Below, one piece after another: positions 32,063 to 41,756 of a stretch of 64,000 nt of DNA. The notes beneath the pieces are model-generated. The model saw only the letters and a program-made list of their open reading frames with translations, had not been told where the DNA came from and ran no database searches. Source of the DNA: a bacterium (GTDB lineage: Bacteria > Bdellovibrionota_C > UBA2361 > SZUA-149 > JAEUWB01); the NCBI GenBank assembly GCA_016786595.1, contig JAEUWB010000051.1, positions 10,098 to 74,097 on the forward strand, read 5' to 3'. A program made the translations under genes and the position numbers. Within the stretch, counting starts at the first letter, position 1; each line of letters begins with the position of its first letter.

Positions 32063-33261
32063 TGCTGCGTTATTTTTTAATTTATTACTTTGTTGCCATG
32101 CTTGTTGTGAGTGAAAAAGCTGTAGCTGACCCAGTCAGTGAGATTCGTGCTCTTTTAGGTAATGGCGGGCTTTATGCAGAAACTTCAGCAGGTAACGTAG
32201 TCTTAAACATTCGTGGCAGGGAGCAATTCATCCCAGCCTCTGTGCTTAAGGTTCTGACAAGTTTTTGTGCGATTAAATTTCTTGGATTAGACTATCGTTT
32301 CCGCACTGAGTTTTACCAGGATTCAATGGGGAATTTAAGCATTAAAGGTTATGGTGACCCCAGCTTAACTTCGGAAGAGATAAAATTTATCGTTGAGCAA
32401 TTGTCCTCACGTCTACGCGAAGTAAAAAATATTATTGTCGATACCAGCAGTTTCGCTCCGAAGATTAAACTTGATGGTTCTGCTAACTCTTTGAATCCAT
32501 ACGATGCACCAAATGCGCCGCTGGTTGCTAATTTTAATACCGCACTAGTCAAGCGCTTTAAAGCTGGAGGAGTTATTTCAGCTGAGCCGCAGACTCCACT
32601 GACTGAGATTAGTCGTAATGCCGGTAGAAACGTGAGTAGTTCTCCGCAGCGCATTAACCTAGGGGGAGATGAGGTGCTGAGTGCGAAGTATTTTGCAGAA
32701 CTACTACAGACATTCTTAGCTGCTCGAGGAATTAATAGTTCTGGTAAAATTGAGCTTGGTGCGCCCGGGGAGGGTGCGCGTTTAATTTACGTGCATAACT
32801 CCAAGCCACTCAGTGAAATCCTTAAAGGTATGCTTGAATACTCTACGAATTTTACAACCAACCAAGTTTTTCTCAGTTTGGGCGCGCAACTTGCGGGCTA
32901 TCCGGCAACTCCACAAAAAGCGCGCGAGGCAATTAGTCAGTGCCTGACGAAGTTTAACCTACAAGGTCCGGTGGTTGAAGAAGGTTCGGGGCTTTCGAGG
33001 AAAAATAAAATTTCCCCTCAGCAATTAGTTGCTGTGCTTAAGCAGTTTTCCACATATCAGAATTTATTAAAATTTGACGCTGGGAAGTTCCGTGCAAAGA
33101 CAGGAACGCTTACCGGCGTGACAAGTTACGCGGGCTATTTTCAAAGCACACTTGGACAGGAAATCCGCTTTGCTGTGATTATTAATGATACCCTGCCAGC
33201 AGAGCGGAGGTTACAAATCGCAGAAATATTATATCGCTACGCTTCAACTAAGGCCAAATAG
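32044..33261 (+). CDS. dacB: D-alanyl-D-alanine carboxypeptidase/endopeptidase, PBP4 (peptidase S13) family
   Basis: Signal peptide, SxxK (ASVLK) and a later SxN-like motif. The length and organisation are typical of DacB. Confidence 0.65.
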   Translation: MWRVFLMLRYFLIYYFVAMLVVSEKAVADPVSEIRALLGNGGLYAETSAGNVVLNIRGREQFIPASVLKVLTSFCAIKFLGLDYRFRTEFYQDSMGNLSIKGYGDPSLTSEEIKFIVEQLSSRLREVKNIIVDTSSFAPKIKLDGSANSLNPYDAPNAPLVANFNTALVKRFKAGGVISAEPQTPLTEISRNAGRNVSSSPQRINLGGDEVLSAKYFAELLQTFLAARGINSSGKIELGAPGEGARLIYVHNSKPLSEILKGMLEYSTNFTTNQVFLSLGAQLAGYPATPQKAREAISQCLTKFNLQGPVVEEGSGLSRKNKISPQQLVAVLKQFSTYQNLLKFDAGKFRAKTGTLTGVTSYAGYFQSTLGQEIRFAVIINDTLPAERRLQIAEILYRYASTKAK

Positions 33262-33320
33262 TCTTTAAAGCTTAGCGTGCTTTTCAGCGTGTAAAGTTTG
33301 GGGTGTAAAGTGACTTGCGC

Positions 33321-34922
33321 CTATTCGTCGTTTACAGGACCAACGATTAATAACCAAAGTTTTAAAAAATTTATTACTTGCTGATTAGTTAATTTTTGAG
33401 CCTTGAGATTGTAGGTGACTTCACTGTTAATCACGCGGGGCTCTTCCTCGGTTCCTGGGGTGTTAAGAAAAGTATCTTGATAGCTGATTGTTCCGCCAAG
33501 ATGGGGGATATTTGGGTCAACTGAGAAAAATGCTTCTTCGTTAGGAAGTTCACTAAAAAAGCCTGACTCGTCGTTACGGTTGTCGTAGTTGGCCTCGTTT
33601 AGACGCAAGTTAAATTCATAGTAACCCTTGCCATTTACAAGTCTGTTTGGATCTTCAATCCATTTGATTGAACCAGTTACGATATCGCGGATTGTTTTCC
33701 CTTGGAAATGATAGCGAAACTCGATGCCGTTGGTGAGCCAATTTCCTGTGTCGTAATCAAAATCTAAATTCCCATTAACGATTGCTGTTGGATAAATCTC
33801 AAGTGGGCCAGCAGCGAGTTGCAGATTGCTGAATGCTAAAGGGTCGGTTTTACGTGTCTGCAGTTTGATTGTCTTTCCGCGTAAAATGCGAGTGTATTCG
33901 GTGATTTTATTTTTTAATGTTCTGGCCGCTTCTTTCTTGCCCAGAATAGTTCCACTAAAGTTGCTGCTTCTCTCAACTTGGCCCTTGGCATAAGTGCTTA
34001 AGCGCAGCCCCGCGTTATGCTCATTGTTGAAACTATATTGATTATCGCGGTCGACAAAAATTGAGCCGAGCATGCGCGCCATGCCGCGCGTTTCAGCGGT
34101 AACCCCCGATAGGGCCAAGGTGTAATTTAATTCCAAGGCGCGTTGTTCGCGGCCGAGAACTTGTGAAACTAAACGGGGTTTGCGCACAATATTACCTTTA
34201 ACTCGTAAGCTATTGGGCACGTTTAAATCTAAACTATAAGTATCCACTGCTTTTTCGGGATGTTTTGAACTTTCATCCGCGTTAAGTGAGCGCGAAAGAA
34301 ATTCAATTGTCATCTTGCCGGCGATTGCAGTGGGCACTGAATCAACTTCTGTAGTTTTTGTTGCCACAGGCTCGCTAGCTGGAGTGGTAACAGTTGTTTG
34401 CGCTGGAAAAGTTTGCGTTGAAGTTGGCACCAGCTCTTCGTTAGCAGGAACTGGTTCGGTAATTGTATTTGTTGCAACGGTTGTCGGCTCAGCTACAACT
34501 TGTGGAGCGTTCTCAGTTAAAAACGCGCTAGTCGAAGTGCGCGCTTCAGGCATTTGTGGTTCAAGTTCAGGACTGGTGGTTGTAACTGGAGCACCGGCAG
34601 TTGTAACTGTAGCCGGAGCCGTTGGATTAATATCTACGTTAATCTGTTCTTCGACATTTGGCGTTTCAGTTGTGGTTATAACTGTTGGCACAGCTACCGA
34701 AGTATTTGCCGCTAGTTGATTAGTCGGCGGCTTCTCTAGGCCAACTTTGGCAAGTGCCGGCTTGGCGGGTTTAGCTTTGACTTGCGTTTTTACTTCAAGA
34801 TTTGCTTGCGAAGTCGTAGCGACGACCGGAGCTTTGGTCTCAGCTCTTCCCCCCTGCGCCTGCTGTTTCGCACACGCAGTAAGTATTGAAACTAATACAA
34901 AAAGAGAAACTAGTTTTTTCAT
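33321..34922 (-). CDS. Secreted lipoprotein with a ~230-aa T/P/V/A-rich low-complexity linker and a conserved ~280-aa C-terminal domain of unknown function
   Basis: Lipobox LTAC. The C-terminal domain is paralogous to the next gene; for example both carry KITEYTR...TIVNGNLD[FY]DYDTGNW...GSIKW[IV]ED and end ...LW[LM][LV]IVGP[VT]NDE. Confidence 0.6.
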   Translation of the reverse strand: MKKLVSLFVLVSILTACAKQQAQGGRAETKAPVVATTSQANLEVKTQVKAKPAKPALAKVGLEKPPTNQLAANTSVAVPTVITTTETPNVEEQINVDINPTAPATVTTAGAPVTTTSPELEPQMPEARTSTSAFLTENAPQVVAEPTTVATNTITEPVPANEELVPTSTQTFPAQTTVTTPASEPVATKTTEVDSVPTAIAGKMTIEFLSRSLNADESSKHPEKAVDTYSLDLNVPNSLRVKGNIVRKPRLVSQVLGREQRALELNYTLALSGVTAETRGMARMLGSIFVDRDNQYSFNNEHNAGLRLSTYAKGQVERSSNFSGTILGKKEAARTLKNKITEYTRILRGKTIKLQTRKTDPLAFSNLQLAAGPLEIYPTAIVNGNLDFDYDTGNWLTNGIEFRYHFQGKTIRDIVTGSIKWIEDPNRLVNGKGYYEFNLRLNEANYDNRNDESGFFSELPNEEAFFSVDPNIPHLGGTISYQDTFLNTPGTEEEPRVINSEVTYNLKAQKLTNQQVINFLKLWLLIVGPVNDE

Positions 34923-35078
34923 ATCTTACCTTCAAAAGCTTTCGCTTAGGGGTTGAGGTTGAGCTGAGGTCGAAGAACGGGAATTGCGAGGACCGTAAGC
35001 ATATTCAAATATGTGCGGACCGGAGCAATTTCCCGTTCTGAAGAGATCGGCTCAAGATCGACCCCCAAGCAAAGCTTT

Positions 35079-36227
35079 TTATTCGTCGTTAGTTGGTCCG
35101 ACGATGACCATCCAAAGTTTGAATAGATTTACGGCTTGCTGTTTAGTCAGCTTATTTGCATGCAGATTGTAAGCAACTTTGCTGCCAAAAACAGTTGGCT
35201 CTTCATCGGCAGCTGCCTGTGACATGCTGTCCTCAAAAGAGATTGCCCCTGTCATGCTGGGGATAGAATTATCAACCATAAAGAAGGCATCTTCGCTTGC
35301 CATTTCGTCGCCAGCAAAAGCAGCACCTTCATCACTGGCAGGTTTATTCTTTTCTTCATTGAAGCGTAAGTTGAATTCATATTGGCCTTTGCCGTTAGTT
35401 GAGCGATTTGCATCCTCGACCCATTTAATTGAACCTGTGACGACATCTTCGGTTTCAACTCCGTTGACTGTATATTTGAAACGAATGCCATTTGTGTACC
35501 AGTTTCCAGTATCGTAGTCGTAATCGAGGTTGCCGTTGACAATCGTGCGTGGGTAAATTTGGGCAGGACCTTCGCCGAGAATTAAATTGCTAAAAGTTAG
35601 CGGGTCACTTTTCTTCACAGTAACCTTCACTTTCTTGCCCTTAACCATACGAGTATACTCGGTGATTTTCTGGCTGAGCATGCCTTTCTTTTCTTCACTC
35701 TTACCGAAGATTCTTCCGCCGAAAGGTCCGACAAATGCTTGAGCTTTCCCTACGGCATCAATCGCCATACGCAGTTGGCTGGTATTGGGGTCACCAGCGC
35801 CAAAGTCATATACACCTTTGTTATCAATCGACACTGATCCGACCCACTTGCCGACAGTTTTCTTCTGTTCGAGATCTTTAGGATTTCGCACAGCCAGTCC
35901 GATGTCATAAATTAATGCTGCTGGTTGTAACTCGCGTCCCAGCAATTTGCTAACTAGTCGAGGTTTACGAGTAATTTTTCCTGAATATTCTGTGGTCTTA
36001 GCGACATTTAAATTGAGTTGATAAATATCTTGGCTATTTTCTGCAGGAGAGCCCTCGACGAGTTTCCCAGTCGTATCCAGATTCTTTCTTGTGCCAAAGT
36101 CAATATTCATCGTTCCTGAAATAAATCCGTTTTCAGATAAGACTTCAGGAGCTTGAGCGAGCACAGGAAGCACAAAAAACGAGTATAAACTAATTGTTAT
36201 CAATGCGTGGGTGAAGATTCGAAACAT
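35079..36227 (-). CDS. Secreted paralog of the upstream lipoprotein, lacking the long linker
   Basis: ATG at 36227 preceded by an AGGAGG RBS, then a signal peptide. It shares the conserved C-terminal domain with 33321..34922. Confidence 0.6.
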   Translation of the reverse strand: MFRIFTHALITISLYSFFVLPVLAQAPEVLSENGFISGTMNIDFGTRKNLDTTGKLVEGSPAENSQDIYQLNLNVAKTTEYSGKITRKPRLVSKLLGRELQPAALIYDIGLAVRNPKDLEQKKTVGKWVGSVSIDNKGVYDFGAGDPNTSQLRMAIDAVGKAQAFVGPFGGRIFGKSEEKKGMLSQKITEYTRMVKGKKVKVTVKKSDPLTFSNLILGEGPAQIYPRTIVNGNLDYDYDTGNWYTNGIRFKYTVNGVETEDVVTGSIKWVEDANRSTNGKGQYEFNLRFNEEKNKPASDEGAAFAGDEMASEDAFFMVDNSIPSMTGAISFEDSMSQAAADEEPTVFGSKVAYNLHANKLTKQQAVNLFKLWMVIVGPTNDE

Positions 36228-36506
36228 GACATCCCTCCTAAATAAAGGCACGTAAAATAAATTCACGGCTGTAGTTATAATACATAACTGCAAGAAACCC
36301 TGAGCTGTAAGGGATATACTCTAGGGGGAAGTAACTGTAAAACAAAAGAAATTACTTGCGAGTTTTAAGTAAGCTGGCAAAAATACACCCAAATTCGAGG
36401 TTGGAAATAAGTCCATACCCGCTGATGAAAGTTTCGTTAACCGAAAAGTCTTTTAGCAACGAGTATAGCAGCCTGCGATCAAATATTTTAGGGAGCTAAT
36501 GAGTTT

Positions 36507-37313
36507 ATGGCTGATAGTCAAAATCCACCGCCAGCGTCCTCGTCTACTGCAACAGGCCAAGCGACAACAACAGAACAAACTAATCCAGCACCACGTCCTC
36601 CCGCAGTCGAGCGTAAACCGTCGGTTTGGGATATTTACTATCCACGCAACATCACTGGTCACCAAGATGCGATTTACTTGGCCTCATTTCCCGAAATAGT
36701 GTTTTTCTGGCCAACAATTTTAATGTTCTTCACGAATGCATTTCTTCAAGGAATTTTTGGAGTGAATACGAGCCTGCTCGGATGGTTTGCCGTGATCGTC
36801 TTGTTTTTTAACCTTGTGGCGCTCGTGCAGGACTTTGACCAGAAAAAATTTATTATCTTGATTCTGATTGTCATGACATCATTCTTGGCGCTGTGGATTC
36901 TCGATTTGTATGGCGTCTCGATCTTTAAGCGTTTTGCGAGTTGGGTATTTTCTTTCCAGCCGGCATTTAGCACCGATGCTTATTTTCTGATGGGCTCGAT
37001 GTTTTTAATTCTTTTTCTTTGGGGGATTATTTATCCGCTGTTTGACTATTGGCGCCTGGAGCAAAACGAGTTCATCCATTATTCCCAACCGGTTGGCAAA
37101 GACATGAGTATTGCCCGAGTTGGCTGCTCAATTTATAAGGAAATACCTGATATCTTTGAGTGCATTTTAACCGGTGGCGGTGGAAATCTAATTATTAAGC
37201 GCGACAATAATATCTTGGCAACAATTCGTAATGTTCCATTTCTTGGTAAGCGCATGGCAGCAATCGAACACATGCTCTCAGAGACGCGCGTGATTATTGA
37301 TAAGGAAGCATAG
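36507..37313 (+). CDS. Hypothetical integral membrane protein with a disordered P/S/T-rich N-terminus
   Basis: 268 aa with about 4-5 TM helices. It ends 4 nt before the Tat-flavoprotein gene, suggesting an operon. Confidence 0.5.
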   Translation: MADSQNPPPASSSTATGQATTTEQTNPAPRPPAVERKPSVWDIYYPRNITGHQDAIYLASFPEIVFFWPTILMFFTNAFLQGIFGVNTSLLGWFAVIVLFFNLVALVQDFDQKKFIILILIVMTSFLALWILDLYGVSIFKRFASWVFSFQPAFSTDAYFLMGSMFLILFLWGIIYPLFDYWRLEQNEFIHYSQPVGKDMSIARVGCSIYKEIPDIFECILTGGGGNLIIKRDNNILATIRNVPFLGKRMAAIEHMLSETRVIIDKEA

Positions 37314-37316
37314 TAT

Positions 37317-39038
37317 ATGAGTCATGAAATTTCTCGCCGACAGGCAATTAAATTTATCACTGGAAGTGGCGTAGCCTTATACTTGACCCCACATTTAAAT
37401 GCCTGGGCGCAAACAGTTCCAGGTATGGCGGGGGCAGCAACTGCCAGCGCTTTTAATTTAAGCAATTTTTCCCCGATCGATCGCAGTCTGCCACAAGTTG
37501 CAACAAAGGATTTTTTTGCAGATGATCCCGAACGTGCGCACAAGATCCTTTGGGATAAGGCGACTTACTTAAAAAGCATTAGTGGAAAAATTCCTGCAAA
37601 TCCAGAGAAAGCTCCCTTGGTTGTTATCGGTGGGGGCATGTCCGGATTAGTCAGTGCATATTTGTTACGCGAGTATCAGCCGATTGTTTTGGAAATGGCT
37701 CCGCGCTTTGGGGGTAATGCTAAGGGGCAATCCTGGCAGGGCATAGATTATTCGATTGGTGCCGCATATTTTATTGAGCCTGAGGCTGAAACTGATATTG
37801 CGAATTTGATCACTGAACTGGGGATTGACCAAATTTGGAAGATTAAATCCGAGGAAGACCCAGTTGCGATTAATGGCAGTATTTATAAGGCTTTCTGGTC
37901 AGGTGAAACACTCGGGGATGATGCTTCTGCGAAAGAGCAATTAGAGAAGCTGGCCACTTACTTCAAGACTGTGAATGAAGGTGAAACAATCCCTTATCCA
38001 GATATCCCAATTACTGATCCCGAGCAGGAATCTTACATTAAGGAACTGGACAAGGTTTCATTTAAAAGTCACCTGGAGAAAGTCGCTGGCGGGAGATTGC
38101 ATCCACACATCGAGACGGCAATTGAACAATACTGTTGGTCGTCTTTGAATGCTTCTGCTTCTGAGGTTAGTGCTGCAGCGGGACTTAATTTCTACGCCTC
38201 TGAGTTTAGTAACATCGCCTTACTTCCTGGCGGTAATGCCGCAGTTGCTGAGAGAGTGTTGGAGCGACTTTCTCAAGCTGTTCCAGCCGCGAACCTACGT
38301 GCTAATTCGCTAGTTTTTGATGTGACAGTCAAGAGCGATGGGGTGCATATCACTTATGTGAATGGCGCCGATCAAGTGCAGACGATCGTTGCCCAAGCTG
38401 CGATTATGGCTTGTCCTAAATTTGTTGCAGCCAAAGTGCTCAACGAAATTGAAGCAGAGCGTCTTAAGGAAATTCAAAAAATAAAATATCGTAGTTACTT
38501 AGTGGCTAACGTTTGTTTGCAGACTGAGTTCGGCCAAGATCCCTTCTATGACCTCTATATGCTGGGCGATGGCAAACTCGATACCTCAAACACTATGGCA
38601 GCAGCTCAGGGTCGCAAAGTTACCGACGTAATTCTTGCTAACTACGCTAAGTCTGTTGCCGGCCATACTGTGCTCACGCTTTATCGTGGGATGCCGTATG
38701 AAGGTGCCCGCGCCGATCTTTACGCACCTGGATCCTATGGCCGTTATCGCGATTCATTCGAAAGGCAAATTAATGAAACAATTTTGCCGCTACTGAAACT
38801 GAAGAAAGAAAGTGTTGTTGACTTGCGCATCGCGCGCTGGGGGCATCCGCTACCGGTTGCTGCAACAGGGATGATCGCCAATGGCACAACCGCTGCCTTA
38901 CGCAAGCCTTTCCGCGGAAAAGTATTTTTCGTTGAACAGGATAACTGGGTCTTACCTGCCTTTGAAACTGCATTGACTGAGGCTTTACTTTGGGCGCCGG
39001 AAGTAAAGAAAGTTTTACCTAAGGCTAAGCAAGCGTAG
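37317..39038 (+). CDS. Tat-exported FAD-dependent amine oxidase family oxidoreductase
   Basis: Twin-arginine signal (SRRQAIKFITGSGVALYL) and a VVIGGGMSGL dinucleotide-binding motif. The fold is flavin amine-oxidase-like. Confidence 0.65.
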   Translation: MSHEISRRQAIKFITGSGVALYLTPHLNAWAQTVPGMAGAATASAFNLSNFSPIDRSLPQVATKDFFADDPERAHKILWDKATYLKSISGKIPANPEKAPLVVIGGGMSGLVSAYLLREYQPIVLEMAPRFGGNAKGQSWQGIDYSIGAAYFIEPEAETDIANLITELGIDQIWKIKSEEDPVAINGSIYKAFWSGETLGDDASAKEQLEKLATYFKTVNEGETIPYPDIPITDPEQESYIKELDKVSFKSHLEKVAGGRLHPHIETAIEQYCWSSLNASASEVSAAAGLNFYASEFSNIALLPGGNAAVAERVLERLSQAVPAANLRANSLVFDVTVKSDGVHITYVNGADQVQTIVAQAAIMACPKFVAAKVLNEIEAERLKEIQKIKYRSYLVANVCLQTEFGQDPFYDLYMLGDGKLDTSNTMAAAQGRKVTDVILANYAKSVAGHTVLTLYRGMPYEGARADLYAPGSYGRYRDSFERQINETILPLLKLKKESVVDLRIARWGHPLPVAATGMIANGTTAALRKPFRGKVFFVEQDNWVLPAFETALTEALLWAPEVKKVLPKAKQA

Positions 39039-39214
39039 CGGACATGAGCAGGTCAATTCACTAACTCCGTATCCAAAAGATACGTGATATGTAGACTTGG
39101 TTAGAGTATGCATACAAAATTCTCATATCGAATATCCACGATAATAATATCCTAAGCTAAAATTAATTGATTCTCGATTTTCGAAAGCTTGGCAAAATAG
39201 TTATCCAGCATAAT

Positions 39215-39264
39215 CCGGGAAACTACACTATTGATAATTATTTATTAATAGTGTAGTTTCCCGG
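39215..39264. repeat. Perfect 18-bp-stem hairpin in a long intergenic region
   Basis: CCGGGAAACTACACTATT, a 14-nt AT loop, then AATAGTGTAGTTTCCCGG. It is not followed by a T-tract. Confidence 0.7.
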
Positions 39265-39313
39265 ACTCTCTAATTTGAATATGGGTAGAAGGTAGCCAAA
39301 AGGTTTTATTACT

Positions 39314-39397
39314 AAGATGGCGAGTTCAAGTTCAGAAAACGACACTTTAAATGACAGTAAGTTTAGTGTCGCTTTTCTAGTTTGAACTCGCCATCTT
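39314..39397. repeat. ~33-bp imperfect-stem hairpin immediately upstream of the 39429 ORF
   Basis: AAGATGGCGAGTTCAAGTTCAGAAAACGACACT ... AGTGTCGCTTTTCTAGTTTGAACTCGCCATCTT. It ends ~30 nt before the start codon. Confidence 0.65.
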
Positions 39398-39428
39398 CAT
39401 CCCGACCATAATTTCTCTGGACAAAATC

Positions 39429-40790
39429 ATGAAACACGCATTTCAACTTAAGACACTCGTCTTTGCGGTTCTGTTCGTGCTCGGCACGCTCAGTTTTGCT
39501 CAAGACACCACAACAATGAGATACAAGCAGTGGCAGGAGTCTCAACGACGTTTCTCGACTGCTGAGTCCCCAACATCCACTCAAAGGCACAATGTCCTGA
39601 CGTCGAGTCAGGTTGAAGCCACTTCGATGACCTGGAGGGAGTATCGGGTTCTGCGCGCCAGCTCGAACACGACTAATCATCAAACAGGCCACAAAGAAGC
39701 TCCGACAGAAGCTAACACTACTGCGGGGTTCTTAGATACAGGCCCTACTTACGCCAGCATCGAACCTCCACAAGTTTTCGCCCGACAAGATCCGCCAAAG
39801 GAACCTTTGAAGGCCAGCGACTTTGTTAGAGAGGGAGTCATGCCACGGTCACAACGCAGTCGCCTGGAGCTAACTGCGGGACCAAAGGCCAGCACGGCCG
39901 TTATCGTCAAGGAACTCGGAGCAAATACTGCTCTTAAAGTTGCGGTAGCGAACTTCCGCGACACAGAACAGTCAGCACGTGAGCGTTCATTCACTTCTGC
40001 GCTTATTGATATGCGCTTCGGAGAGGAAGAACGTGGAGCGGCCTTTACTGCTGGAATTGGATCGCAAGACGGGTTGACATATGCACTTGGTTCGGCAAGG
40101 GCCTACTGGTTAGAGTCGCTTGGTAGAGATCTGTCGATTCAAGCTGAAACTGGCCTCTATTACTTGCCTTATCGAAGTTATTTTTTCCCATCTGGTGACG
40201 ATCCGCGACTAACGCAAGATTGGTATCTTCCCAAAGGTGCCAAACCTGAACTTAGCGCCGCAACTCAACTTAGTGTAAAACACAGCTCTAGAATCAATGC
40301 CGGAGCAACTCTCGTAAGTGAGTTTAATCCAACTAAACACATTCTTGAGCGTGCTTACCTGAGCTACGACCCTCATCTTGTTTTACTTGCCGATCCAGGT
40401 ACGGAACGTACAGGTCGATTCAAAGCTAGAGAAATTTGGCTAAATCCCTCGTTTGGTATCTCGACTATAGCAAGTGAAGCATTCCCGACAACTGGAACGT
40501 CTCGCGATCAACTAACTGGACTTGAGGCTGGAATGGGTGCCCACCTGATTTGGGGACCACTTCTGGCAGATCTTGATGTTCAAGTTTTCTCACCATTTGA
40601 TCGCAAGATAAATCCACAACTGTCCCTTGGTGGGAAAATCAGTTACCGCATCAACGATAAAACAACTGCTGTTGTTGGGTATCAGCAAGGTAGTGGACAA
40701 TTTCTTAACTGGAAAGATTCTAGTAGCGTAGCATTCCCGTTTCACTCCGGAAGTGGCACTTGGTATGCGGGCATTAGAATCAAACTCTGA
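39429..40790 (+). CDS. Hypothetical secreted protein, possibly an outer-membrane beta-barrel
   Basis: Signal peptide, then a disordered S/T-rich region. The C-terminal half has alternating hydrophobic patterns. GC looks higher than the flanking DNA. Confidence 0.45.
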   Translation: MKHAFQLKTLVFAVLFVLGTLSFAQDTTTMRYKQWQESQRRFSTAESPTSTQRHNVLTSSQVEATSMTWREYRVLRASSNTTNHQTGHKEAPTEANTTAGFLDTGPTYASIEPPQVFARQDPPKEPLKASDFVREGVMPRSQRSRLELTAGPKASTAVIVKELGANTALKVAVANFRDTEQSARERSFTSALIDMRFGEEERGAAFTAGIGSQDGLTYALGSARAYWLESLGRDLSIQAETGLYYLPYRSYFFPSGDDPRLTQDWYLPKGAKPELSAATQLSVKHSSRINAGATLVSEFNPTKHILERAYLSYDPHLVLLADPGTERTGRFKAREIWLNPSFGISTIASEAFPTTGTSRDQLTGLEAGMGAHLIWGPLLADLDVQVFSPFDRKINPQLSLGGKISYRINDKTTAVVGYQQGSGQFLNWKDSSSVAFPFHSGSGTWYAGIRIKL

Positions 40791-40796
40791 CAGGAA

Positions 40797-41453
40797 ATGA
40801 CAATGAAGATAGGAAACTTTCTCGGACTGCTCTGCGCAGCCATTTTCGTAGTTCTCGTCTCCACTCTGAGCGCTCAAGCACAACTGGGTGGAACCTCGAC
40901 CAATAAAGCGACTGCTAATCCAGCACTTAATGTCGCCTTACAAAATGCAGACGGAGGCAAGACAAGCCTTGCGGATCTAGTTCGTAAAGGGCAAAAACCG
41001 CTTGTTGTTTTCGCAGTGGAAGTCGACTGCCAAGGCATGCCGGTGTTAAAACCATATCTTAACGAGCTGATCGAGCGGGTGAAAAGTCAGGCTGAAGTAG
41101 TCTTCATTTACACTTGTAAACCAACCTGCGCTCGAGAATTTCGAAAGACAGTTGGGATCAAAGGAGGTACCTGGCTTAGCGATACAAAGCTCCAGGTTCT
41201 TCAAGGATACGGTCGTCAAGAGAAAGATCGCCTGCCGCTGACCCTATCTGGGCAGTGCTTAGTCATAACTTCGGGTCTTACAGTCAGGCCAGTTGTTTTT
41301 CCTAAGCCTCCTAGTGGCGTTAGGAATTTTCAGCCCTATGCAGGAGTCGATCAGTTGATTGGCGCAAAAGGCCCGTGTGCTGCAAAAGTGACTGTTCCAG
41401 CTGGGCAGAAGCTGACGTACTGCCTAGTCGGTGAAAGCCCTCACGATCACTAA
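40797..41453 (+). CDS. Hypothetical secreted protein, Cys-containing, possibly thioredoxin-like fold
   Basis: Signal peptide. It lies 4 nt downstream of the previous gene. There is no canonical CxxC. Confidence 0.4.
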   Translation: MTMKIGNFLGLLCAAIFVVLVSTLSAQAQLGGTSTNKATANPALNVALQNADGGKTSLADLVRKGQKPLVVFAVEVDCQGMPVLKPYLNELIERVKSQAEVVFIYTCKPTCAREFRKTVGIKGGTWLSDTKLQVLQGYGRQEKDRLPLTLSGQCLVITSGLTVRPVVFPKPPSGVRNFQPYAGVDQLIGAKGPCAAKVTVPAGQKLTYCLVGESPHDH

Positions 41454-41756
41454 GATCTGAACATCTGGCGGGGTGACAATTCATCGTTTTAAATCGATTC
41501 GATGGCTATCTTCTTCCCGCCTTTTGTTCATTTCTCAAGTCGAGAAGCTCTCAGATAAATATTGATCTTGGCATCGAGCCACTTTGGCGCGTTCAAAAAT
41601 ATTCTGAATCACGCGCAACGAATAGATAAATCTGGACGATAATATAACTAACGGTGTATTTTCATCACATCAAGAAGGCTCGAACCCCGTGCCTAAAATT
41701 AAGTATGAGCTTGCCTTGACGAATCAGAAAGTATGCAGCACTACGAGCAGACGCCG

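Noticed and set aside
34315-34956. Plus-strand ORFs rich in Gly/Val/Ala/Thr (34315..34719, 34747..34956).
   Set aside because: They are the antisense translation of the T/P/V-rich linker of the 33321..34922 lipoprotein. This is a compositional mirror artefact.
39363-39994. Minus-strand ORFs 39363..39692 and 39749..39994 around the big hairpin and the start of the secreted-protein gene.
   Set aside because: They overlap the palindromic DNA and the better-supported plus-strand CDS. Part of the first is a palindrome-encoded frame.
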